This document shows positions 13,410 to 26,296 of a DNA stretch of 64,000 nucleotides, in pieces. Numbering within the stretch: the first letter of the stretch is position 1; every line of letters begins with the position of its first letter. The position numbers and the translations under genes were made by a program. This DNA is from Eledone cirrhosa (taxonomy: Eukaryota), in assembly GCA_964016885.1 (NCBI GenBank), contig OZ024751.1:6448001-6512000 (forward strand). Direction: 5' to 3'. The notes under the pieces were generated by a model. The model was not told the origin of the DNA and made no database searches. It was given only the letters and a program-made list of their open reading frames with translations.

Positions 13410-13452
13410 ACGGTGCTGATGATAGCTAACAAGCTTGAAACTAGTACATCGT
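13410..13452 (+). ncRNA. Minimal type I hammerhead ribozyme (second tandem copy)
   Basis: ACGGTG-CTGATGA-..-GAAA-CTAG-TA-CATCGT; 6-bp stem I including one G-U pair. Confidence 0.82.
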
Positions 13453-13612
13453 TCCTGTGTCAGTGTTGAACAAAAAGGTGACGTGGTTGCCTTAACACCG
13501 TACGGCATGAAAATTCAGGCTGTTCAGTTTGTTTACAAACGAACAAAGCGGCGTTATAATAAGCGTCCGCTAAACTGATACGTGCATATATGTATGTGTA
13601 CCTGTATGTATA

Positions 13613-13696
<84 letters not shown>

Positions 13697-13728
13697 TGCT
13701 ACTGTACGTCTGTATACATATATGTATG

Positions 13729-13763
<35 letters not shown>

Positions 13764-13797
13764 CATATACATATACATATATACATATACATATACA

Positions 13798-13985
<188 letters not shown>

Positions 13986-14025
13986 TATACATATATATAT
14001 ATATTAGAAAGTGAGTTTTTTTTAC

Positions 14026-14673
14026 AAAATGAAAAATAACCGAGGTGTCCTACACGAGTAAAGGTATAAAGAAAAAGAGATGAAATCGAAAATGCAACTC
14101 GAGTCTTATTTTTTTTTAAATATATATATCTATTTGGTTCCTTTACCGGTTTCGCAGTTCTTCTGCTTTTCAAAAGGTGAGTTGAGATGGAGGGTCTGTG
14201 GTTTTTCTCACATCTGGTTGGTCTCTGAATGTTACTTGTTTTATATGGAAAAAGTGGCTCGAAATGCCAGGTTTTTCGAGAAGTAATTTGATTGGTTTGT
14301 CAATAATTATAATAAATTTCGCACCAGTTCGCGTTACAATAGTTCTTCAAATAAGAGGGGGGGGGGTTGTCACAGGTTGTTTTTTCATATATGAGTGTTT
14401 GAATTTCTTTTTACTTGAAAAAAGGAGGCTCACGAAGGCTTTTTTTTTGGTTGTTTATAAATGAAATTATGGCTGTCACGTGAACAAATTTTCATTAAAT
14501 TTGTTTGCCCTTATTTGGAAATCCATTCTGTAGCCTTTTTAGAGAAATGTTTGATAAGTGAAAGATAATGGTCAAGAGAAAGGGATGGGAGAATTGTTCT
14601 GGTTCAGTGAATATGGTTAGTTCGCTGGGGTGTCAGAGTTCAGATTTTCTATTGAAGTGAAGATATGTATGTT

Positions 14674-14750
<77 letters not shown>

Positions 14751-17522
14751 TGGAAGATTATTCTATTAGTAGAAATGGGGGAGGGAGTTGTGTGTGTGTG
14801 TATATGGGTGTTATGTGTGTGTGTGCGAGTATGTTAAGATGGAGAGAATATATATTTTGTGTGTGTGTATATATATGTGTGTAGGAAAGTGGTTCTATTA
14901 GTAGAAATGGGGAGGGAGTTGTTTGTGTGGGGGTTGTTATGTGTGTGTATGGTTGTTATGTGTGTGGCAGTATGGTTAGCATGTTAAGATGAAGAGAATA
15001 TATATATATATATATATATATATTGTGTGTGTGTGTGTAGGAAAGTGATTCCTTTAGTAGGAATATTTTTGAATGAACATATTTTCCTTACTTATTCGTG
15101 TTTGCTGTTGTATTGTCAGTGCAAACGTATGTTAAGGTTTATTTAGTTCGGGTTTTTATTTTCTAAAGTAGAAGGTGTTATGTGTGTGCGTGTATGTTAT
15201 ATTATGGTGTTGACATAATGTATATTAAACCATATTTAATGTTAGTCTATATTTTTGAATAAACATATTTTCCTTATTTATTCGCATTTGTTCTGTTGTA
15301 TTGTTAGCGCAAAGGTAAAATGGGAAGACTTGGAATTTGGGTGTCTTATTACTTGCGCAAATGTCTAGATGTGCACTTAGTGGTATCTGTCTCGTGGTTG
15401 GATCTCGTAATTGTTGGCGATGAACTGTCATTCTGTTTCTGAGTGTGAGTTTAGTTTGTCCTATATAATCTTCATTGCATCCTTTACATTTAATGGCATC
15501 AAGTAGATTTTTTTATGAGCAAGTGAAGTGATTTTTTACAGTAAAATTTTGTCCTGAGTTAAATGTATACGTGTTGCCTTCAATGATGTGAGTGCAGGTT
15601 CCACAATTAGAGCGACTACATTTTTTGATACTTGGTTGTGGGTTTGTGGTAGGTAATTTGGCATTGGTGAGTAATGTTTTCAGTGATTTTGGTTGTCTTT
15701 TGCTTTTGATTATTTTGTGTGTTTCAAGGGCTTTTTTCATTCTTGGGTTTTGTTTTAGTAGTGGGATGTTATTGTGAATAGTGTTGTAAGCTTCCACATT
15801 TCTTGGGTTGTGTGTTGAGATATATCAGAGAATATTGGACGTACCTTGAATTTGTTTCTGTTTCCGTAATTCATCAATGCCTATTGCTTTAGCCCTTTCT
15901 ATTCCATTATTTATTAGTAATAGTGGGTACTCTCTCTCGAGTAGAATTTCCTTTAATTCTTGAAGTCTTTTATTTCGCGTTTCATAATTGGAGACAATTG
16001 TGCAAATTCTTCTTGCTAGGTTAAAAGGAATGTTCGTCTTCGTGTGCTTTGGATGGTTGGAGGTGAATAGCAGATATTGTTTGGAATCTGTTGGTTAGTA
16101 GTGTATGTCAGTTTCGATATTTGTGTCTTTTTTTAAGATTAAGATGTCCAGAAATGGGAGTTGATCTTGGCTGTATTCCATTGTGAATTGGATGTGGTTA
16201 TTGATGCCGTTTATTAAGTTTTTGAAATCCTTCAGTTGGTCGAGTGTGTGGGACCAAAGAATGAGGCAATCATCCAAGTAGCGTTTCCAATTCTCTGATA
16301 AATATTTGTGGAAGTTCAATCCGTATTTTGATTTGGACTGTTCATATATCTGGACTTCTAAGTATGCCATGACTAAGTTGGCATAAGTTGGAGCGGCTTT
16401 TGTACCCATCGCAGTCCCCGATATTTACTTGTAAGTATTGCCATCGAAATCAAAAAAGTTGTTCTGTAGGATGAATTTTAATCCCTCGGTGATGAAGCTT
16501 TTTTCTATTCTGTCAGGTATCTCATTTGGATATTTCTCTAGCCAGAATCCTATTGCTTCTAGTCCGTATTGGTGTGGGATCGTTGTGTAGAGATTCACTA
16601 CATCGAAAGACACAATAATAGTGTCGTTGTTGACATGTTTGGGGAGGTGGTTTAAGAGGTCTAGATCGTCTCTTACAAGGCTTGGTATGTGTTTCAGTAT
16701 TGGTTTCAGTAGTATGTCTATAAAGTTGCTCAATCTGTGTGTTTCACATTGTGGGCCCGCTACAATTGGTCTTAATTTAAGGTCTGTGGGGTATTGTGTG
16801 TTCACGCAGGCTGAGGTGGATTGTTTACAGGCATCGTTGATTATTTTACACTTGTGGATCTTCGGAAGTCCGTAAAGGTTGCTGGTTTTGTATTCAAAAT
16901 TTGTTAAATAATCGCGTTCCTTTTTAATTAGGTCTTCCTGGTATCGATAAATCAGTGTGTTTAATTTGGTCATTATTTTTGATTGCTGGTAGTTTTTTAC
17001 TCTTTCATAGTAATTAGTATTTTGTAAGAGAGAGAACATAGAATTTTTATATTTTTCAGCCTCCATAATGACAACAGTACTTCCCTTGTCTGCTTCCTTA
17101 ATTATAATGTCCGTATTGTTTTTTAGTTCATGGATAATCTCCCATTCCCTTCGACTCGTGTTGGGTTTGGGTTTAGGTTGCGGTAGTTCATGGTATGGGA
17201 AGGTAGCTATGTGGTCACAACATTTGTCCAGAACTCTGTTTCTACCTTTTGTTGGGTTGTAGCTGCTTTTATTCCGTATAATTGATTCGTCGTTATTCTC
17301 CTTGTCAAAGAATTCCTCTGTGAGACGTAATTTTCTACAGAAGTGTGAGATATCGTCATTTATCTCGTTGGGGTTAGGGTATTGTGGTGTTGGTGTGAAT
17401 TTCAGACCTTTGGAGAGAATTTTTACTTGTTAGGCTGAGAGGTTTGTATTTGAAATGTTAATTATTTTCTGTTTTTCAAAATCGGTTTGTGCCACCGGGT
17501 GTCGTGAGTCCTGTAGCCTTGG
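14026..17522 (-). mobile_element. Penelope-like element, Neptune-like, 5'-truncated and disrupted
   Basis: Minus-strand fragments KEADKGSTVVI, LYGLPKIHK, LRPIV, SFDVVNLYTTIP, AMGTKAAPTYANL, WKRYLDDC, LPFLD, KCSRSNCGTC, CKGCNEDYIGQT; several stops and frameshifts; HHR in the 3' pLTR. Confidence 0.9.
14140..14177 (-). ncRNA. Minimal type I hammerhead ribozyme, U3-A8 core variant
   Basis: Minus strand: CCTT-TTGAAAA-GCAG-aagaa-CTGC-GAAA-CCGG-TA-AAGG; stems I and II perfect, palindromic stem III. Confidence 0.82.
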
Positions 17523-17644
17523 TCTAAAAAATGATTTTTCTGGAATGTTTTTTCAATGGTATTATTATATTATTATATCTATATCTATATATATATTATA
17601 TCTATATATATATATATATATATATATTATATCTATATATATTA

Positions 17645-17713
<69 letters not shown>

Positions 17714-17900
17714 ATAATAACATTTATACTTATGTATATAGTATAAACAACTATAAACAGGAATGTCAGTAATTTCTTAATTACCTTATTACCAGTAAGT
17801 GAAATAGCTCAATTATTAACAGTAAGAGAAATAGCGCAGTTGTTTTACAGAGCAGTTAAATAAATAAATTATACAATTATTCAAGTTGTGTTCAAATCAT

Positions 17901-17956
17901 ATAATAGCTGACAATCGTTTCTTCCAAACTCTCTTTTGGGGTCATCGGAGCATTAT
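17901..17956 (-). ncRNA. Type I hammerhead-like motif with U4C core change
   Basis: Minus strand: ATAATGCT-CCGATGA-CCCCAAA-agagag-TTTGGAA-GAAA-CGATTG-TC-AGCTATTAT. Confidence 0.6.
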
Positions 17957-18865
17957 CAATGTTTGCACATATAATTAACTTCATATTCAACTGAACAATA
18001 ATATAGATACATATAAATTGATGTTGTGAGCAACAGTTTCGTATTTCCAGGGTGGAATGGATGTGACAATTATTTTACGAGAATTGTATTCAAGTTCAAT
18101 TTCAAATCAAAATAAAAATAAAAATTAAAAAAACGGAGTGGAATACATGCAACAGTTAAAACAATGTAATAGTCCAAATATTAAAGAGGCATTGAAGAAG
18201 CAGTTTTGAGAAAGGAAGAGTGCGATAACATTTCATATGCAGGCGTGTGGATAGTGTGACTGCGAAAGTCATATACATGAGAAGGAGACAAGCAAAGCTA
18301 TTATGCATATATAGATGAATAAATACTGCAGTTGAAGCAAATATGTTAACGTATTAGAGTCTATGGTGGGTGTTGAATGTTGATGGTGTTTGAATTAGTG
18401 TGTTGAGAAACATACAGTTTTTGCAGACTTTTCCATGACATATGTTGAATTAAATTTTAGTTAATGTTTATATTGAGTGTTTTAAGTTAGTTAGAGCAAT
18501 GGATTGTAAATTAGTTTTAATGAATTCATATTCATAGACTATATTTGATCAACCGTTAAATGTTCAATCGTTAATTTCCGGAAGTGAATAAGGGGAGCTA
18601 ATGTGTAAGGGGCGGTAACTAGCTAATTAAGTTCAATTCAGTTATTCAAATTCTTTGTTCTAAGACACAATATAAGGTGATACCATTGGATCTCTGTTAC
18701 ATAACCTTGTATATTTATGCCTGATTTTAAATACAGTGCATTCTACTATCATACATTAAAGGTTTCTTTAGATTGTTATCTATTCATTATTGGACAAGGT
18801 ATATGTTATGAAGGATTATACAGCTCTTAATATGTCATAATAGATATGATATATGTGTAATAATA

Positions 18866-19052
18866 TTTGTTTCTACTTTAGGCATAAGCCCAGCAATTAC
18901 CCAGTGCATTACTGGTACTTTATTTTATCGACCCCGTAAGGATGAAAGGGAAAGTCAACCTCGGCGGGATTTGAACTCAGATCGTAAAGGGACGTAACTA
19001 TGCTGGCATGTATGGCGTCCGACCCTCTACTGATACTGCCAATCCACCGCCC
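18866..19052 (-). mobile_element. SINE family 1, full length
   Basis: Same head (GGGCGGTGGATTGGCAGTATC), B box, central domain and tail as 3003-3190. Confidence 0.9.
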
Positions 19053-19290
19053 TTTATAGAATGCTATTACATTTTATATATAATTATAAGTGTATATATA
19101 CTTTATTATTATTATGTTGTGTAATTTAAGCATTTAATTATACAATTACAAATGCACACATAGTTTATCATCGCACATTACATTAAATGTCTCTACATAC
19201 CAAGTGCCAAATATCCATTACTGTTTAAGATATAATTAATCTATTGTAGTTATATCACAAGGTGGTAACTCTATGTCTATACACACATAT

Positions 19291-19323
<33 letters not shown>

Positions 19324-19639
19324 AATATATACACAAAAATATAAATATTAAAATAAACATCCACGTAGACACACACAAGCGTGCAAAAATACATATACAC
19401 AACCACATACAGACGTTTACACACGTAAGAAAATAAGCATAAAACCAAATGAGCGTTCAAACGTAACCACATGCGTGCGCGCACTCGCGCGCAAAGAACA
19501 TAGGCAGACTAAACCATACGTAAAACTATACATACAAAAACAAAGGCCTATAATCACCGTATACACACAATTAAAAACGTAAACACTTATAGAACCAAAT
19601 AAAAGTATAATATAAACATAAATAAACTCACACACATAA

Positions 19640-19791
19640 GTAAATATACATACAAACACATAGACACACATATATATATATAAATATATATATATAAATA
19701 TATAAATATATATATATGTATGTATATATATAAATATATAAATATATATATATACACATACACGCATATATACAAATAGATACGCACGCAC

Positions 19792-19824
<33 letters not shown>

Positions 19825-19931
19825 TATATACATACATCTACACACATATATATATATATATCATATATACATACATATACACACATGCACACACACACAT
19901 ATACACTCATATACACACACATATATACACT

Positions 19932-20013
<82 letters not shown>

Positions 20014-20205
20014 CACACACATACATACACACACATACATACGTACACATACATACATAAACACGCATACATACATATACACACATATATACATATATAT
20101 ATATATATACATATATGCATATTTAAATATATATATATATATATATATACATATAAATACACGCACACATACAGACATACATACAAACGCACACTCACAC
20201 ACATG
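19640..20205. repeat. (TA)/(CA) compound microsatellite
   Basis: Direct reading. Confidence 0.9.
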
Positions 20206-20639
20206 TACAAAAGAATAATCAAAAACCTATAGAAGTAAGTACACATGAGTCTGTCTGCGAATGGGCCCGCACACAGCCCTATGTGAGAACATAAAACCTA
20301 GTGGGTAAGTGAAGATAAGAGGTGCGTAAAAATGAAATAATAAACACAATTATAAAGAATAGGTAAGGGAGAAATGTAGGCGAAGAGATCTAGATAAGAG
20401 TATCTGGTTAAAGAGTAAACTGAGTGAAGGATAAAGGTGGTGGGTGTGTATGTGTAAAGGGTAAGGTAGAAAGTAGGGTGGAATATAAGTCAACAGAAAA
20501 ATATTTATATTAGGAAAAAATAATTATAAGGACTTATAGAAGGAGATGAGGGAGAAAAAGAATATATGGGTAAGGTATGTGAGTTCAGAGAGTAATAATA
20601 ATCGTAGTGAATGGAAGGCGTAATGAGTAAAGAAGAAGC

Positions 20640-21230
20640 TCAAGGTGGTTGAGTCATCGTAGGAATGTCAATCCAGTTACGAAGTAGATGCGATTTCAGG
20701 TGTGGACAACATCTGAAGATCTCGGTCTCGGAGTTGAGGCAAGTGGAAGGGAGTTTCAAATTTTGGAGAATTCTAAATTTTTCCGTGGTGCACAAAGAAC
20801 ATTTCTTTGTGCCCCTTTGGTATTCTCTTGAATGGTCTAAAATAGACCAACCGATCAATAGTGTACGGAATGTTTTCGTCTTTGAATTCCCACACTTTAT
20901 TTGCGAGAGCCGTTGCTGTTCTTCTTTCAGGGTGTTTAAAAGAAGCGACATGTGCATAATACTGGATTTGAACCTGTCCTGAGTCATTCCAACATAACGT
21001 TCACTCCTGGGTGGCTGGTTATTAATCAACGGTGCCAATTTGGCCTAATACAAAATGGATTTAGTATTATATTTGCACTGTAATGGGCATTCTTCCGGCT
21101 TCCTGAAACTGCATCATGGATTTACTCTCGTATGATTACAGTTGGTAATTTTAGTCTCCATTGATGGACAGTAAGAGTAAATGATTTTGACTACATTTCT
21201 ATTAAATATCTTATTATATCTATGATTATA
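20640..21230 (-). mobile_element. PLE GIY-YIG endonuclease fragment
   Basis: CPLQCK..ERYVGMTQDRFK..WSIL..KKCSLCTTEKFRIL..CLNSETEIFRCCPH, broken by frameshifts. Confidence 0.75.
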
Positions 21231-21424
21231 TCTATGATTATCTTTGACTTTTAATATTTTTTTGTTCTTATTCATTTATTTATTTATTCTTATAACTTCA
21301 TGTATATGTATGTATTTGTCCATGCCCGTTGATACATATACGCTTGTGTGACAGCTTATGTCTACGTAATTTTAAGTATATGCGTGATGTAGTGTGTGTA
21401 TGTTTGTTTATTTATTTACTGTAT

Positions 21425-21499
<75 letters not shown>

Positions 21500-21500
<1 letters not shown>

Positions 21501-22119
21501 CAGGAAAGAAGAGTGACACGGTTTGCTATACAAAAAAGGTTTTTAATCTCATTGCTGACAATTGTTACTCTGAACTGGTAGGTCGAGAGATCGCTACCCG
21601 CTTATTTTCACGTTATTTGATCACCAATACATAGTTATAACCAGTCAATTCATCGGAGCTTGTGAGAATGAAAAGAATATACAGGCATGGCTACTATATA
21701 TAGTAGTAATGGCATTCAATCAGAACAATAACAACAATACTAACAATGCTAGCAATAAATTATTTGAAATAATCACATCAATCTAGGTGGGAAGTATAGT
21801 ATATCTACGATTTTAGCGTGTAAACTAGCTGACATGAGGCAGATGTATAAAATTGAGATGTAAAGGCTGTCATGGGGTGTATTATATCTAGTGTAAAGAT
21901 AAGCCGGTGGCTTTAAACAATATAGGTCTGGTGGCCGTAAGACTCATTTATTATCTGACAGATGAAGAATTTATCACCGTAGTGAGGATAGTAATATTTG
22001 TGTGGTCTATATTAGATGAAAGGGTTGTTTAGCTTTCTCATCATCAATAACATACATGTATAAGACAACATTAACAGAGTAGCGATAAAATGGGCAAGTT
22101 AATACCGAGGTTAAGGAGG

Positions 22120-22158
<39 letters not shown>

Positions 22159-24370
22159 CATACACACAAACATATATATATATACATACACACATATACA
22201 TACATATAAGGAGAAAACATGCTGACTATAATTATAACAGGAGGAAGGTAAAGTTCTGTTGTAGTAGTATTTTAAAATGTTCTTGGATTTAGGTTCATGT
22301 GCTGAGAGCAGCTGAGAAGAGATATATTTATGGGTTGATGAGGTACTTACAAACATTAGTGTGGTATAGAACTAAGAAGCCTAGAATGTACTTAATGATT
22401 ATATTTCTGTGGTGGTTCGTGCAGTGTAGTGGGTATCCTAAGTTGAAAGTTAAGTTACGTCGGTTCGATTCACGGAGGTTTAAATCTTGTGAATTTAGTG
22501 GCGATCCTGTGTCTGGAGAAGATTGATTTTTCTAACTTGTTAAGTAGCCTTTTTACATTTCTAAGAATATACAGTAATTCTAGATCACATAGCCTACAGT
22601 GGGACATACCGGTACTGTAGGTCTTTGCGGCCGACAACCTCGACCAGTTGATACTGTATTTGGTGTTGTTGTCCTTAAGTTCCTAGATTTCTTTGGCGAG
22701 GGTTGTAGAACCCATAAGTGTACTATTTTTCATCGAGTTTCTGTGCACATACCATCTTTTTTTAAAAGTACCCGCGGTGGATCCAATGTAATGCCAAGTG
22801 GAGTTGTCTGAGTTGACCGTACACATGTACACTATGCTCGAATCGAGGCATCTATTCGCCAATGGGCACCTATCCGGTAGGTGACAGTTACAGTTTGAGG
22901 TGTTATTTCGTGCAGCTTCTACACTGCTGTTTTGTACACTGCTATAAGTGGATTGTGATTCATGCCCGTTGGGGTTTTGCTACTGCGTGCTTGTATGAGC
23001 TTGCGGTTGTGATACTGTGATGCGTTTATGCTTATAATTTGGTGCTATATTGCGCATAGGTGAGGTGGATTCCCTAGAGATATTTCTGTGGTTGATCTTG
23101 CGTATGTGCGATTCTATATTTGCTGCCGTAGTGTATGAGAGTGTGATAGTGTTTCTATTGAGTATTTTATGATATCTGTGTGAAATAGGGAAGTGTTTAT
23201 CTATTAGTTTAAAGAATGTAGAAGGTAGTCTGGTTTTTACAGAGGAGTTGAAGACTGGGATGAACCATAGGTATTTTCTTTCTATGATTCTTCTATTGTT
23301 TCTAGGGTTTACATTATTAGTGTTTGGACCGCTTACTCTAGGTGCTACGTGCCTAACTCCATCTCTAGTCCTGTTGCCTCTATTTTTGTGTGAGCGGTTG
23401 GTGTAATTGCTATTAGGTTCGTTTAAGTTTTCTTTATTCGCCATATACTGTAGTCTATCTTTATGTCCAGCCCTATGTAATGCTGCGTTATAATAATTAG
23501 CATGTTCATTAAAAATTTCTAGGTTTGAGGATAAGTGGGATATTCTAAGGGATATACTACGTGCTATGGATCTGATTATGGATTTGGGGTGGTTTGAGTC
23601 ATAACTAATGTAGGCCAGATTTTCATTATTTTTCTGGAAAGGTTCTATTAATCCCGTATTTAGATTTAGAGTCACATCTAGAAAGTGTACCTTCTTATGG
23701 TTCAGTTCGTAGGTAATACTTAGGCCTAGTTTTTTTAAGAATGTTCTAATATTTTTTCTTAATCTTTCCATGCTCTGGTTGTTTAAGTTCCTAGCTATAA
23801 GTAGCGTGTCTTCTCTATGAATCCCTCCTTGGAGGTTACTGAATTCTTTATGTAAGTTGTGTGCTATAAATAGCCCCACGACATAAGTATTTGCGCAGAG
23901 TCATTTGATCCCATTGTGATATTGAAGTTGTTTATCCTATCGCTTCTTACCCAGTAGCTATTTTCAAATTTTATGATAGTCCTTCTAGCCGCTATTATTA
24001 TTTCAATTTCCTCAGGGGTAAGATCGGAGTTATTTTGGGCAAATATAATCGCTTTATCTAGGGTGGCTGGGGATATGGATGCATAGTAGTCGTTTATATC
24101 AAATTGTATGAAGTTACATGTCTCCCTATTTCGTATTTGATTGAACCATTCAATCGCCTCGTTAGTGTTACCCCATAAATTGATTTCTAGTTTACCCTTT
24201 ATTTGTGCGATTACCATATCTAGAATGTTCTTGCTAATTTTACCTATATCTGACTTAGATGGGCATATTAATCTAATAGTAGGGTTTGTTTCAAAATTAT
24301 ATTTGTGATCCTTCAGGTTAAATGTGGGGTTGCATGGGATTAGCGGCTCGGTCCTATCAGGTATCCGAGT
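21500..24370 (-). mobile_element. Penelope-like element family B, 5'-truncated
   Basis: FNLKDHK, RLICPSKSDIGK, FIQFDINDYY, ITMGSNDSAQ, HFLDVTLNL, YDSNHP, F..LIDKHFP, CNCHLPDRCPLANRCL, YIG; frameshifted. Confidence 0.88.
21554..21659 (-). ncRNA. Degenerate long-stem-II hammerhead motif (family B 3' region)
   Basis: Minus strand: GCT-CCGATGA-ATTGACTGGT..ACCAGTTCAGA-GTAA-CAATTG-TC-AGC; two core substitutions; palindromic stem III CAAUUG. Confidence 0.5.
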
Positions 24371-24377
24371 TTATTTA

Positions 24378-25925
24378 CTATCCTAAGGCCCTCCACGTTA
24401 ATGCTGGTGAGTGTGGATTCATTGTTTTTTTGTTTATTTTATGTAGTTCACGCTGAATATGTGTTTGCGTGTATACAAATAAATAAATAATTAAATAAAC
24501 GTATATAAATAAAAAATACGTATATAACAAGCGCACACACATACCTACATGTAAATGCACAAATGTTCGGAGACGTAAGTCAACCAAAACCTGAAGTACA
24601 CATATACACACACCCTACATACGTACGAACCTGCATACTCACACAGACGCAAAACTCCCGTATACACATAACCAAATCATATGTACCAGAATATATAAAA
24701 TTATACGCCATAACATATACAATTAAATATACGTACGAGAAAGTATACGTACCTTCACAAAACATACAGGTAATATATAACTACCTATACAAATAAGTAA
24801 TGGTATAAACATAATATATACTTAGCTACCACATCAAGACGTAAAATATCCACGTATAGATCGTACTATCCGTTAGGGTATAACGTGGGGCTGTAATACA
24901 GGAAAGTTTTTCTAATTTATGTTTACAAGCCGAAATTGCCTCAGATTTTTTGTTTAAGATGTGGTCTGTGGCGTAGACGATTTCCAGGGCCTCAGCGGCG
25001 CAGAGGTAACATGGTCTTTTATTTCCGTTATACGATCTAGCTCTAGCTAGGATCTCCCAGTGTAACATATATTGGGTGTGGTTGTCGTTTAGACTCCAGA
25101 TATAAGCTGAAAGTGACGTCATATTCCTTCTTAGAGGATAACGAAAAGAATGGGTATGCATGTAAAGACGCTGCTTGAATCTATTGGCGGTTAACCCTAT
25201 GTAGGCCCTACGCGACGTGGGTGTTTCAACCTTACATTTGTAGACAATGTTACTTGAGAGGCATTTCCCGGAAAGGGGGCAATCAACTCGATTCCTACAA
25301 TTACAGTTAGTACTAACTACAGGGTAGCACGTGTTCCTACGGTTAGGTAGTTTAGCTAAATTTGAAGCTGTGATGTTATGTGCAAGGTTAGGAGTCGTAG
25401 AGTAAGAAACTTTAATAGTATTTCTATTAAAAATGTTACTATATTTATGTGTAGGGGGAAAATGCTTCGTAATAAGGGAAATAAAGATCTTAGCTAATGG
25501 TGTGGCCACCTCCATATTATATGGTGGGTTATACCAACAAATGCGACAGGATCTATTTCTTCTAGGTCTATTTTCGTACTCTATATATGCTCCCTTATCG
25601 ATAAATCCACTCCGAGCAAGAGCTTCATTGTAATAAGTGGAATGGTGGTTGAAAATATGCTCGTTAGTAGATAGGCGGGAAAGCCTCAACCAAACGTTTC
25701 ATACCAGGTTCTTGGTTATGCTGGCAGGAGGGTTGGAATGCTTACTTATGTAATTAAGCGTATCATTCGGCTTTCTATACGGGTAATACAACCCATTCGA
25801 TACATTGAGGGTAACGTCGAGGTAATTATCGACCGAGAGATTGGCCTCAACCTGTATAGAGAGGTTGAAGCGTTTAAAGAAGGCTGTGAGTTCTTTTCTG
25901 AACCTGTCGCCAGCACGAGGTCCGC
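24378..25925 (-). mobile_element. Penelope-like element family C, 5'-truncated
   Basis: NYLDVTLNV, YRKPND, CWYNPPY, LITKHFP, CNCRNRVDCPLSGKCL, NIVYKC..AYIGLT (ORF 24826-25689). Confidence 0.88.
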
Positions 25926-26213
25926 TCTTAGTCATGGTTTTTTTCCGTTCTTTGCTAGGGAACGTTTCCACGAACCAAAGTATCGTCTTCCTGTCTTCCT
26001 CCGGTTGCAACATTTTTTGAAATATCCACTTCTGCGTTTACAGATTGACTTTGTTAGTTTTAGAAGATCCCGTTAAGGGTGAAAGCAGCGATTCTTTGCT
26101 AAAACTTTAATCTGTTATTTTAATAAATATTTGCACTACGGTTCTTATATATTTGAAATATATTTATTCTTATCGAGCCCTCTTTGGATTTTAGTCTTCA
26201 AATTTATTATTAT

Positions 26214-26294
<81 letters not shown>

Positions 26295-26296
26295 AC

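Larger units (their letters stand above)
12682..13727 (+). repeat. Tandem ~489-bp non-coding units each with a minimal HHR (retrozyme-like)
   Basis: Two near-identical units (~12682-13170 and ~13170-13692) plus the start of a third; each unit ends in (TA)n. Confidence 0.88.

Noticed and set aside
12682-13727. CRISPR-like array
   Set aside because: Units are ~489-bp near-identical repeats without unique spacers, in eukaryotic DNA.
25955-26012. HHR-like CGGAGGA..GAAACGTT on the minus strand
   Set aside because: Core altered and stems I and II do not pair convincingly.
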